A stretch of 24,112 nucleotides of DNA from Candidatus Hermodarchaeota archaeon (GCA_048885535.1 JBHLLO010000042.1:1-24112), one strand, 5' to 3'. Numbered from the stretch's first letter, positions 1 through 8,172 are shown. The notes: a model not told the origin generated them from the letters alone. Program-made: numbers and translations.

Positions 1-132
1 TCGAACTTCCTCAATCGCTAATACAAGCTCATCCGAAAGTTGCATACTTAACGCGTTCATCACGTCTGGTCTATTTAATGTGATCCAAGCTGTTTTATCT
101 TTTTCTTGATATATTAATTGTTTAAAATTCAT
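1..132 (-). CDS. Enoyl-CoA hydratase/isomerase (crotonase) family protein, N-terminal part (runs off window start)
   Basis: Manual translation from ATG at 132: MNFKQLIYQEKDKTAWITLNRPDVMNALSMQLSDELVLAIEEVR; 'AWITLNRP..MNAL' is the typical crotonase N-terminus. Confidence 0.9.
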   Translation of the reverse strand, partial: MNFKQLIYQEKDKTAWITLNRPDVMNALSMQLSDELVLAIEEVR

Positions 133-168
133 AATTATGGATTCAACTATGATACTAATAAAATTTCA

Positions 169-190
169 TCGTGAAACAGGCCTTTCACGA
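169..190. repeat. Inverted repeat TCGTGAAA-caggcc-TTTCACGA (operator or hairpin)
   Basis: Perfect 8-bp arms with a 6-nt spacer, between the stop of ORF 222..476 and the crotonase start. Confidence 0.6.
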
Positions 191-221
191 AAATTCATCA
201 ATAGGTAGAGAATATTATTTC

Positions 222-476
222 TTAAATTAAGAACTTTTTAACCTCTTTCCATGTTCCTTTTATTTTTAAATATTGAATACAAGCTTGTTCCCATTCAGAT
301 TCAGATTTGGGTAATGCTTTTGGATAAAATTCTTTGAAAAAGGTATATACCCTTTCTTGATAACTTAATAATTCATCAAGTATCAACCAAGAAAGTGGAG
401 ATACTTCTTGTAAAAAGTTGGTTTCAATCAAATCATTTATTAATAAATGATAATTACAGAATAGATTTTTCATCAA
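222..476 (-). CDS. Small hypothetical protein (84 aa)
   Basis: ORF fills the gap between tRNA and crotonase; plausible helical composition; no recognisable motif. Confidence 0.5.
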   Translation of the reverse strand: MMKNLFCNYHLLINDLIETNFLQEVSPLSWLILDELLSYQERVYTFFKEFYPKALPKSESEWEQACIQYLKIKGTWKEVKKFLI

Positions 477-556
477 TTGATAAACAAATTAAAATTCAAT
501 TTAAAGGAAATCTTATTTTTTTGGGGAGAACTAACTAGATTTTCAAATATATTAAA

Positions 557-647
557 TGCGTCGTCCGGGATTTGAACCCGGGTCCCGCGCGTTCTGCTTT
601 CAACTAGAAAATGGCAGGCGCGGATTCTACGACTATACTAACGACGC
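557..647 (-). tRNA. tRNA-Gly: tRNA-Gly(GCC) with 20-nt intron at canonical 37/38 position (intron 592..611); CCA not encoded
   Basis: Minus strand: acceptor GCGTCGT/ACGACGC plus discriminator A, anticodon stem CGCGC/GCGCG, loop CT-GCC-A[intron]C, T arm CCGGG-TTCAAAT-CCCGG. The intron forms a strict BHB: CTGC/GCAG central helix, CAT and AAC bulges, TTTC/GAAA inner helix. Confidence 0.97.
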
Positions 648-673
648 TTGTTTAAGGTTCAATAAGTGATTAA

Positions 674-679
674 TTTATA
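674..679 (-). promoter_or_regulatory. Candidate TATA box of the tRNA gene
   Basis: TATAAA on the minus strand 27-32 nt upstream of the mature tRNA 5' end; AT-rich background limits certainty. Confidence 0.45.
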
Positions 680-716
680 TGAAATACTATTTATCAAAAG
701 AAAAAAACTTTTTTAA

Positions 717-1580
717 TTATTCTTTTAATTCAAAGGAAAATTCAACTGAATTGATAATGCCTAACTTTCCTGCAAATCTCCTAATATATTGAGTTCTATG
801 TCGTTTGATTGAATCTGAAATTATTAAAGTTGGAACAGAAGGAAGGATCATAAAAAATGGGAAGGGAATAAAGATTGTCAATAAAATTGAGAATATATTA
901 GTTAAACTGGCAGTCTCTATCAGAAATATTGTTATAAATTCAAAATATGAAAATATCACTGATACACCAGCATAACCTTTTAGAAATTGTCCATACCATC
1001 TCCCAATCGCACGTACTTCAGGCGGATTACTTGTTTCTTCTAACTTGTTTTTATTGGAGTAAATAATACCTGAATCACTTAAAAACCAAGTAGTAGAGAA
1101 AAGTATTGTAGCAATAAAAAAGGTTATTACTAATAATACTACAAAGGTTGTAGCATAATCAGCTTGACTGGTAGGAACAGCACCCCTCGAGAAAGCCACA
1201 ATTTCTGGGGTTAGCAGAAATAATGAGAAGTTTATAGCCATTAATGCGGAAAACAGACCGGACGAAAAGTATTTGAATTTATGAAATTTAGGTCTATCAT
1301 AAAGCCCATATTCCATTTTAGATTTGAAGATTTTTTTATGGACATATAAAAAAAGAGGAGAAAATCCATATCCCCCAATAAATAGACCTATTATTGAAGA
1401 TAATGGCAATAGTAAAATAGAAAGTAAGGCTGTTTCTAATCCTATATCAGATATTGGAATTAGTCTTGTTAAATCATCACTTCTTCCAATAATTAAAGAT
1501 AATGCGATAGATATCCCTATCCAAAATAAACAATAAATCAAAAAAAACAGTAAAGCTCGCTTATACTTACCAATTTTCAT
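717..1580 (-). CDS. Uncharacterised polytopic membrane protein (~5-6 TM), co-transcribed with Rab-like GTPase
   Basis: Several long hydrophobic segments; polar loop 'WFLSDSGIIYSNK...PEVRAIGRWY..FLKGYAG'; start lies 2 nt after the GTPase stop. Confidence 0.8.
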   Translation of the reverse strand: MKIGKYKRALLFFLIYCLFWIGISIALSLIIGRSDDLTRLIPISDIGLETALLSILLLPLSSIIGLFIGGYGFSPLFLYVHKKIFKSKMEYGLYDRPKFHKFKYFSSGLFSALMAINFSLFLLTPEIVAFSRGAVPTSQADYATTFVVLLVITFFIATILFSTTWFLSDSGIIYSNKNKLEETSNPPEVRAIGRWYGQFLKGYAGVSVIFSYFEFITIFLIETASLTNIFSILLTIFIPFPFFMILPSVPTLIISDSIKRHRTQYIRRFAGKLGIINSVEFSFELKE

Positions 1581-1582
1581 AT

Positions 1583-2101
1583 TTAGTTTACCATAATTTT
1601 ACTAATTTTTTCAAATATAAGGTTAACATTTTCTCCAGTTTTAGAAGAACATTCTAAATAGTCTAAAAAATTTTTTTTGTTTGCAAAATCTGTAGCTTCT
1701 TCTTGAGAAACAGTCCTATTCTCCATAAGATCCAATTTACTACCGACTAAGATCATAGGTATTTTGTGATTTTGTTTAATATTTGCACTTTCAAATACTG
1801 TAAGCCAATCTGTTAAATTTACTAAAGTAGTATAACGTGTAATATCATACATAAAAATTGTTCCATGTGCTCCAATTAAAGTGCTAGGTAATAAAAATCT
1901 AAACTTCTCTTCGCCTGCAAAATCCCATATATGAAGTCTGATCTTCTTTCCATTGAGATCCAGTTTTTTTAAATAAAAATCCATACCAATAGTCAATTTA
2001 TAAGTTTCTTTGAATATCCCAGAGAGAAATCGATGTGTTAGTGTAGTTTTACCTACAGCAGCATCTCCAAAAATACATACTTTATACTTAATATCTTCCA
2101 T
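1583..2101 (-). CDS. Rab-like small GTPase (Ras superfamily)
   Basis: G1 GDAAVGKT, G2 TIGMDF, G3 WDFAGEE, G4 SKLD, G5 SSK; Rab-like 'MYDIT'; no C-terminal Cys prenylation motif. Confidence 0.95.
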   Translation of the reverse strand: MEDIKYKVCIFGDAAVGKTTLTHRFLSGIFKETYKLTIGMDFYLKKLDLNGKKIRLHIWDFAGEEKFRFLLPSTLIGAHGTIFMYDITRYTTLVNLTDWLTVFESANIKQNHKIPMILVGSKLDLMENRTVSQEEATDFANKKNFLDYLECSSKTGENVNLIFEKISKIMVN

Positions 2102-2265
2102 TTTTAAGAGATATAATTAAATATTCATTTGAATAATTTTAGTATCTTAACAATATTATAATAGATTTATAATTTAAGAGTTATTTAATCAATAGATTTA
2201 AAAATTAAGAATATACAGCATTATTTTAAATATATTTCAAAAATCTTGTATAAATTTTTTCTCTT

Positions 2266-3294
2266 CTAAAATTTAGAAAACTCTGAAATTATTTGTTTTA
2301 ACTCATGTGAGGATGCGAATTTCTCTATATCTTGAATGTTATCAGGAATACCTTCTCGAACACCTACTTCCATGCTTTCTAATGAAGACATCGCAGTTGC
2401 TAATTTAATCATATGTTCGAAAGGAAATTGATTCAATTTGGAGATTAAAATACCGCTCAAAAATGCATCTCCTGCTCCTGTTGTATCCATTACATCTACA
2501 TCATATATTGCACTTTTTATTAATTTCTTTCCATCTGTTAATAGTGAACCATTGGCGCCATCTGTAATAGATACTATCTTTGGACCCAATTCATAAATTT
2601 TTCTTATACTATAATAATTATCAGATTCATGAGAAAATTCTTTTGCTTCTTCTGCGTTCATAGAAACAACATCAGATTTAATTATTAACTTTTTTGCCCA
2701 TTCAGGGTTGTTTTTAATAATTGACATACTTGGTGCTGCGAAAATAGTTCCTCCATTTTCTTTTGTAAGGTCTATAGCTTTATCAATAGCTTGACATCCA
2801 TTCTCCGATGTCAAAGAGGTCCATGCAAAAGCTTTAATCCCTTCGAATAATTCTTCTTTTACATCATTGGGAGTGATTAAGTTATTTGCGCCCTTATAAG
2901 CCAGAACACTCCTATCTTTTCCCCATTCTGTCTTTAATATTACTGAAAATGCTGTGTTATCTTCATCAGTTTGCTTTATATTTGAAATATCTACACCTCT
3001 TTTCTTTAAGTCTTCTAAGCATATTTGAGCAGAGAAGTCATTCCCAATGACTCCTATATAAGCCGATTTAAGACCTAACATAGCACAATTTGAAGCAATA
3101 TTTGCACCAGAGCCTCCTGGTACGAATATTACGTTATCTACATTCAATTTTCGACTATATTCAATTGCCGTATATTTCTTCACTAACTCCTTTTCAAAAA
3201 GCTCAAATCTGAGAATATCTTTAACAGAGATAATACAATCAAGTGTACAACTACCAATTGTAATCAAATCAAACTTATTGTCCATTAAGACCAC
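2266..3294 (-). CDS. PfkB/ribokinase-family carbohydrate kinase
   Basis: PGGSGANIA..AMLG, GVIGND, N..E and DTTGAGDAF signature. Start may be ATG at 3285. Confidence 0.95.
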   Translation of the reverse strand: MVLMDNKFDLITIGSCTLDCIISVKDILRFELFEKELVKKYTAIEYSRKLNVDNVIFVPGGSGANIASNCAMLGLKSAYIGVIGNDFSAQICLEDLKKRGVDISNIKQTDEDNTAFSVILKTEWGKDRSVLAYKGANNLITPNDVKEELFEGIKAFAWTSLTSENGCQAIDKAIDLTKENGGTIFAAPSMSIIKNNPEWAKKLIIKSDVVSMNAEEAKEFSHESDNYYSIRKIYELGPKIVSITDGANGSLLTDGKKLIKSAIYDVDVMDTTGAGDAFLSGILISKLNQFPFEHMIKLATAMSSLESMEVGVREGIPDNIQDIEKFASSHELKQIISEFSKF

Positions 3295-3446
3295 TTAAAT
3301 TTATTAAGTTAGAGAATAAGTTAAAAATAGCGTCTTTGTTTAAATATTTTTTAGTTTAAATCATAAGGAAAATTTAAAAACATAACTTAATTAAGAAAGA
3401 TCATTCTAATTATACCATTTGATTAAATAATAGAGGGTGTTTAATA

Positions 3447-3971
3447 ATTAGCTTTGCTTCTGAAGTGATTGAAAGAAAACGATTTCGTGTATATTCCTTT
3501 TTAGTATTAACCATTCTCTTACTTACATTTTTTGTTTCATTATTTTTTATTATTCCTGAGTATGGCGGATATATGATTGGAATAGGGGTCGTTTTACTTT
3601 GTCCTCTAGGTCTTTTAACATTTCGTGAATTTTCAAATAATTTATGGAAAAGATTTAGTATTTCTGACGAGAAAATCCAGTTTCAAAAAACGTTTAAACT
3701 AATCCAAGTAAGGTGGGATGAATTTGATACCATTCAAATTAAAATGAAATTGCCTTTTTCTGTAGATGTCCCATTCACGGCAACATCAATTAGTAGGGAA
3801 TATACTAAATTTCGAGTTCAGTTCATTGATCAAAAAAGTAAAAAAACAGTCAAATCATTTAAGTTTCACTTTTATAATTCAATGAAAGCAAATCAAGTTT
3901 TAAATCTATTAATCAACTCTGCTAATGAAAAAAATAAAGAAGTAATTGTAAACAAAAAACCCATGAAATAA
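3447..3971 (+). CDS. Two-TM membrane protein with C-terminal soluble (bacterial PH-like?) domain; start uncertain (ATT 3447 or GTG 3465)
   Basis: Two N-terminal hydrophobic helices, then a beta-rich 'ISDEKIQF..IQVRWDEFDTIQI' pattern reminiscent of bPH-type domains; SD GAGGGTG at 3433-3439. Confidence 0.65.
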   Translation: MSFASEVIERKRFRVYSFLVLTILLLTFFVSLFFIIPEYGGYMIGIGVVLLCPLGLLTFREFSNNLWKRFSISDEKIQFQKTFKLIQVRWDEFDTIQIKMKLPFSVDVPFTATSISREYTKFRVQFIDQKSKKTVKSFKFHFYNSMKANQVLNLLINSANEKNKEVIVNKKPMK

Positions 3972-4053
3972 AACTATGTAAAATTAAACAGGACGATAAT
4001 ATTATTAAAAAAAGAAGAGTTTACAAAAAATAAAAAAACTATATTCAGAAAAT

Positions 4054-4215
4054 TCACATTTTTCTGCGTCTATAGACAAAGAAGCTGATTACTATAACTA
4101 TATGTACTCCGATTAAAATTGGAATAACAATGTAAGGCAATAATGAAGGTTGCTGAGTAGTTCCAGTTAATTGAGCAAGAATTAAACTCTGAGTATCGTC
4201 AGGACAAGCATCCAA
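4054..4215 (-). CDS. Putative tail-anchored microprotein (53 aa), or C-terminal remnant of a larger membrane-anchored protein
   Basis: Manual translation from TTG: MDACPDDTQSLILAQLTGTTQQPSLLPYIVIPILIGVHIVIVISFFVYRRRKM*; TM helix followed by RRRK. Below the ORF-track length cutoff. Confidence 0.55.
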   Translation of the reverse strand: MDACPDDTQSLILAQLTGTTQQPSLLPYIVIPILIGVHIVIVISFFVYRRRKM

Positions 4216-4370
4216 ATAAATATATGTCGAGTCTATTAGACTATTATTAAAAATTGCAGAGTTTCTGTTATTAAACTTTTCTGTCTAATTAAATAAAAGA
4301 GGTAAGACATTAAGCGAAAGGAACTTAATTAAAATTTTTTTATTTAAAACTTGTAGGAAAAACGATTTAT

Positions 4371-4997
4371 TTAATCTCTTGATTTTAATTTCTTTAGTTC
4401 TTCTTCCAATTCTTTGATTTTTCCATCAGGTTCAACCGAAGGTAGCGCTCCGCCAATTTCTGCTCCGATTTCTGCGTCTATCTCACCTAAAACTTCCTTG
4501 ACATCGTTATCAGTAACTGCTGTATCAACCATAATGTCATTTATTCCATCAGAAGTTATTTCTTCCGTCACATTAAAGTCTTCAATATCCACACCAATTT
4601 GAGTCATTAACTCTGTAATTTGTGGAATTGATAACTGATTTTTTAACGCACCAAGGCTCATAGCTATTCCTTTCATGATTTCAGCAACATCTTTTACTGC
4701 ACTAGCTTGTTCTAATTTAAAGACCATCCCTTCAAGGTTTGTTCGGAATAGGTCTATGGCTCTTGCTTGCTTCTTTACTTGAAGATAGTTTCGCGCGTGA
4801 AACTCTGAACCTTGCATGTCACCCGCTTTTCGGAGATTTACAGCTTTATCCCTTGCTAATTTTGCAGACATTTCCATTTTTTTAGTTTGTCTCATTAATC
4901 GCTTGTTGAAAACCTTCAATTTTACAGTTGCAGATCGAACTGTATTCTTCTTACGACCTCCAGATAACCATCCTGAAAGATCTTTTAAAAATCCCAT
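4371..4997 (-). CDS. ESCRT-III protein, Vps2/24/46 (CHMP1-3)-like, Snf7 family
   Basis: N-terminal amphipathic MGFLKDLSGWLSG, basic helical hairpin with 'A..HARNYLQVKKQ', acidic C-half, LPSVEP and terminal MIM1-like IKELEEELKKLK; divergent from Vps4. Confidence 0.92.
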   Translation of the reverse strand: MGFLKDLSGWLSGGRKKNTVRSATVKLKVFNKRLMRQTKKMEMSAKLARDKAVNLRKAGDMQGSEFHARNYLQVKKQARAIDLFRTNLEGMVFKLEQASAVKDVAEIMKGIAMSLGALKNQLSIPQITELMTQIGVDIEDFNVTEEITSDGINDIMVDTAVTDNDVKEVLGEIDAEIGAEIGGALPSVEPDGKIKELEEELKKLKSRD

Positions 4998-5018
4998 TTT
5001 TCATCAATTTTTAGTTAA

Positions 5019-5027
5019 TTTATATAA
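5019..5027 (-). promoter_or_regulatory. Candidate TATA box for ESCRT-III (leaderless/short-leader position)
   Basis: TTATATAAA on the minus strand 22-30 nt upstream of the ATG at 4997. Confidence 0.4.
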
Positions 5028-5245
5028 TATAAAAAAATTCCAGATTATATAATTTTTTGTAGACCAATAATTACGTCGAACATTTGAGAAGAATGGAGAT
5101 CAAAAATAATATATGCAGAGTAGAAATCTTCTTAAAAAGAAAATTTGAAATAACTTTTATTTAATATTTATTATTAGTGAATATCGGTATTAGATTAATT
5201 TAAATAACAATTGAAATATTATAAAATAAAATAAGCTAAAAATAA

Positions 5246-5250
5246 GAGGT
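5246..5250 (+). promoter_or_regulatory. Shine-Dalgarno motif GAGGT ahead of the probable ATC start of Vps4
   Basis: GAGGT 7 nt before in-frame ATC (5258), just after the in-frame stop TAA at 5243. Confidence 0.6.
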
Positions 5251-5257
5251 TTTTATT

Positions 5258-6475
5258 ATCTCATCTGTAGATTCGAAACTATATCAATATGCTGTTGAGG
5301 AAGCAAATAAAGCAATTGAATTAGATCAAAAAGGTCATCTCCACCAAGCAATGAATAAGTATTTTAGAGCAGCAGAAATACTCATTCAGTTTGTTAAATA
5401 TAACAAAAATCCTATAATGATAAGAAAATGCAAAGATCAAATTGAGCAATATATGAATAGAGCCCAAGTTCTTAAAGAACACTTAAGTGGTCCGCGAACA
5501 CGAAGATCCCGTCCAAAAGCATCGGATAGTCAACCACAAGAGGGAGAACCAAAGGGAGAAGTTGGTAGTTTATCGGCAGAAGAACAAGAGTTAATGGACT
5601 CTATTTCTGATACAATTTTAACGGAATCTCCAAATGTTAAATGGGAAGAAATTGCGGGTTTAAATGATTGCAAACAAGCAGTAAGAGAAGCAATAGTATT
5701 GCCAATTATGAAGCCGCAATTATTTACAGGTGCTAGGAAACCATGGTCAGGAATATTACTATTTGGACCACCTGGATGTGGGAAAACTTTATTAGCTAAA
5801 GCAGCAGCTACCGAATGTAAAGCAACATTTTTTAGTGTCTCATCAGCAGATTTATTAAGTAAATGGTTGGGCGAAAGTGAAAAATTAATTTCGTCACTTT
5901 TTAAATTAGCGCGAGTTAGAGCACCAAGTTTGATTTTTATGGATGAAATTGATTCTATAACCACAACAAGGGGAAGTGGTCATGAAGGAGGTGGTGAAAG
6001 AAGAGTTAAGACTCAATTATTACAGGAAATTCAGGGTGTTAAATCAACTCATGATAAACCAATGCTTGTACTTGGTGCTACAAATCGACCCTGGGATATT
6101 GATATAGCCATGTTAAGTAGATTTGAAAAGAAAGTTTACGTTCCACTTCCAGATCAACCCGCAAGAGCCGGAATTTTTAAAATTCATACCTCAGGCGTAA
6201 ATTCTGCTTTAACAGAAGAGGACTATATTGAATTAGCTGTTCGAACTGAAGGTTATTCTGGTCGAGATATATCTAATATATGTCGTGAAGTGATTATGAT
6301 TCCAGTGCGGGAATTAGATATGGGCGGATTATTGGAAGATCCAGAAAAAGAAGTTGTAGTGAGAGATATAAACCTGAAGGATTTTTTAAAAACAATCAAG
6401 AAAGTAAAACCAATGACGACTAAATCTGAATTGAAAAAATATCAGGTATGGGCTGAAGAATTCGGAGAATTTTAA
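5258..6475 (+). CDS. vps4: Vps4 AAA+ ATPase with N-terminal MIT domain (probable non-AUG start at 5258; first ATG at 5351)
   Basis: In-frame upstream SSVDSKLYQYAVEEANKAIELDQKGHLHQAM completes the MIT domain; Walker A GPPGCGKT, pore loop SKWLGESE, Walker B IFMDE, SRH ATNRPWDID, C-terminal 'WAEEFG'. Confidence 0.95.
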   Translation: MSSVDSKLYQYAVEEANKAIELDQKGHLHQAMNKYFRAAEILIQFVKYNKNPIMIRKCKDQIEQYMNRAQVLKEHLSGPRTRRSRPKASDSQPQEGEPKGEVGSLSAEEQELMDSISDTILTESPNVKWEEIAGLNDCKQAVREAIVLPIMKPQLFTGARKPWSGILLFGPPGCGKTLLAKAAATECKATFFSVSSADLLSKWLGESEKLISSLFKLARVRAPSLIFMDEIDSITTTRGSGHEGGGERRVKTQLLQEIQGVKSTHDKPMLVLGATNRPWDIDIAMLSRFEKKVYVPLPDQPARAGIFKIHTSGVNSALTEEDYIELAVRTEGYSGRDISNICREVIMIPVRELDMGGLLEDPEKEVVVRDINLKDFLKTIKKVKPMTTKSELKKYQVWAEEFGEF

Positions 6476-6476
6476 T

Positions 6477-7373
6477 ATGGAAAGACAAAAAGAAAAACCA
6501 AAGGAAGTCACAAAAGAAGAAGGAACAGAAATAAATCTAGAAGTTTTAAGAAAGGAATTGGCACGTTTAAAAGAATTAAAGAAACAGAAGGAATTAGAAA
6601 AACCTCCAGACGAAGAAGAAGTAATGGAAGAGGAGGAAACTCAGTTAGAAACCATTGAAGAACCCGTTTCAGAGGACATCGAAACTCGATTGGACAGAAT
6701 AGAGGACTTTTTAACAAGTAAATTAGGAGATGTAGACATAAAGGCTTATAAACAACACTCTGCACAAATAGAAAAAGAACTTAAAAGCATAGAGCAAGAA
6801 TTAGTTGGAGAAGAGGGAGTCATTGCTAAGGAAGTCTCCACCTATGAATTATTACTAAATGATTATCCTTGGCTAGAAGAAAAAAGATATATATTCATGT
6901 ATTCAATACCCAACAAAAAAATTAATCTTAAAGACTTTGAATCATGGAAAAGTGAATGGACAAAAGTCCTTTTCGATTACGCAAGATATGCAATTCTGCA
7001 TATTTTATATTTAAGAAAATTACAATCAGAAAAACCATTCTCTAAATTTGAAGATCGCAGTACAGCACTAGAATTAATTGCTCAAGAGTTGGTTGATCAA
7101 AAGCAAGCAGAATGGCTTTCAAAAAGTAAAGAAAAATTAAGAATATATTGGAAAACACTTGATAACTGGGCTGAGGAAATTTACGAATGGGCTATGGAAA
7201 TTTCACCATTAGAACCCATCTTGATATTTGAAATCAGAGAATCTAATAGAGCTTTTAAAAATTTACCGAAAGAGGATTTAATTGAGATTTTTAAAAGATT
7301 AGAGAAAAATGAACGAGGAAGAATTATTAAATCAGAGGATGGGCAAATTTCTTTTAAAATTAAAGTAGAATAA
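6477..7373 (+). CDS. vps25: ESCRT-II Vps25-like protein with long acidic coiled-coil N-terminal extension
   Basis: C-terminal 'SWKSEWTKVLFDY', 'AEW...LRIYWKTLDNWAEEIYEWA', 'IFEI' and 'LEKNERGRII' match the Vps25 tandem winged-helix pattern; starts 1 nt after the vps4 stop. Confidence 0.85.
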   Translation: MERQKEKPKEVTKEEGTEINLEVLRKELARLKELKKQKELEKPPDEEEVMEEEETQLETIEEPVSEDIETRLDRIEDFLTSKLGDVDIKAYKQHSAQIEKELKSIEQELVGEEGVIAKEVSTYELLLNDYPWLEEKRYIFMYSIPNKKINLKDFESWKSEWTKVLFDYARYAILHILYLRKLQSEKPFSKFEDRSTALELIAQELVDQKQAEWLSKSKEKLRIYWKTLDNWAEEIYEWAMEISPLEPILIFEIRESNRAFKNLPKEDLIEIFKRLEKNERGRIIKSEDGQISFKIKVE

Positions 7374-7374
7374 T

Positions 7375-8094
7375 TTACTCTATTGATGGAAAATACCACT
7401 GCTTACCCTTTAAGAGAGACTCTCTAAATTTTGCAACTCCACTTTCTTCAAGAGATTCTAAGGTTTTTAATGCTCTATCTTGAGACCAATTTAAAGAAAC
7501 ACATACATCTTCTAATGATAAAAAGCCTTTTTCTTTAGCAATTTCAATAACTTTTACTTGATCACTAGTGTATTGAACTGGAAAAAACCTGATCATTATT
7601 GTCCCTGTATCTAATTCCACTAAATCATCAATTACTTGATTTTTTTTTAAAATCTTTAATGCTTTTTTTAAATCTTTAATATCAATGTTACCCTTTAATA
7701 TCCCGGTATGGACCATCTCAAAAACTTCTGATATAGGCATTATTCCAGAGCCAATTTCTTCTTTTTGCATAAGAACTCTCTGATATGCTAACATCCCCAG
7801 CTTTTCATAGTCTATTTTTGATGACTTTTTTAATACGTCATGTTCAGTAATTTGTTCGGTTATAATCTTTGAAGTTGGAATATTATATAATTTCTGTAAA
7901 TATTTTATCTCATCTTTTAATTCTGGAGTTAAAGCTAAAATTACTCCATGCTTTTTAGCTAATTCCTTCAATTTCTCTTTAGTAAACTTTTCTGTTTCTG
8001 CTTTAGCTTGAATGTCTTTTAATCTTAATTCTGCAGCCTTTTTCTTTATAGCTTCTTTTAAGTCAATTTCATCTTCTATTTTTCGAATGCCCAT
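7375..8094 (-). CDS. ESCRT-II Vps22/Vps36-like (EAP30 domain) protein
   Basis: Vps22-like N-terminus MGIRKI, 'YEKLG', 'GIMPISEV', 'DLKKALKIL', and terminal winged helix 'LNWSQDRALKTLESLEESG...WYFP'. Confidence 0.88.
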   Translation of the reverse strand: MGIRKIEDEIDLKEAIKKKAAELRLKDIQAKAETEKFTKEKLKELAKKHGVILALTPELKDEIKYLQKLYNIPTSKIITEQITEHDVLKKSSKIDYEKLGMLAYQRVLMQKEEIGSGIMPISEVFEMVHTGILKGNIDIKDLKKALKILKKNQVIDDLVELDTGTIMIRFFPVQYTSDQVKVIEIAKEKGFLSLEDVCVSLNWSQDRALKTLESLEESGVAKFRESLLKGKQWYFPSIE

Positions 8095-8172
8095 CTTACT
8101 TAACTATATTTTTTAATATCTTACATGATTAATATTAATAAATCTACTTATTTCTTTTGATTTTTTGTGGTA

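Noticed and set aside
133-647. tRNA as an integration site for a mobile element
   Set aside because: No integrase, no duplicate of the tRNA 3' end, and housekeeping-type flanks within the window.
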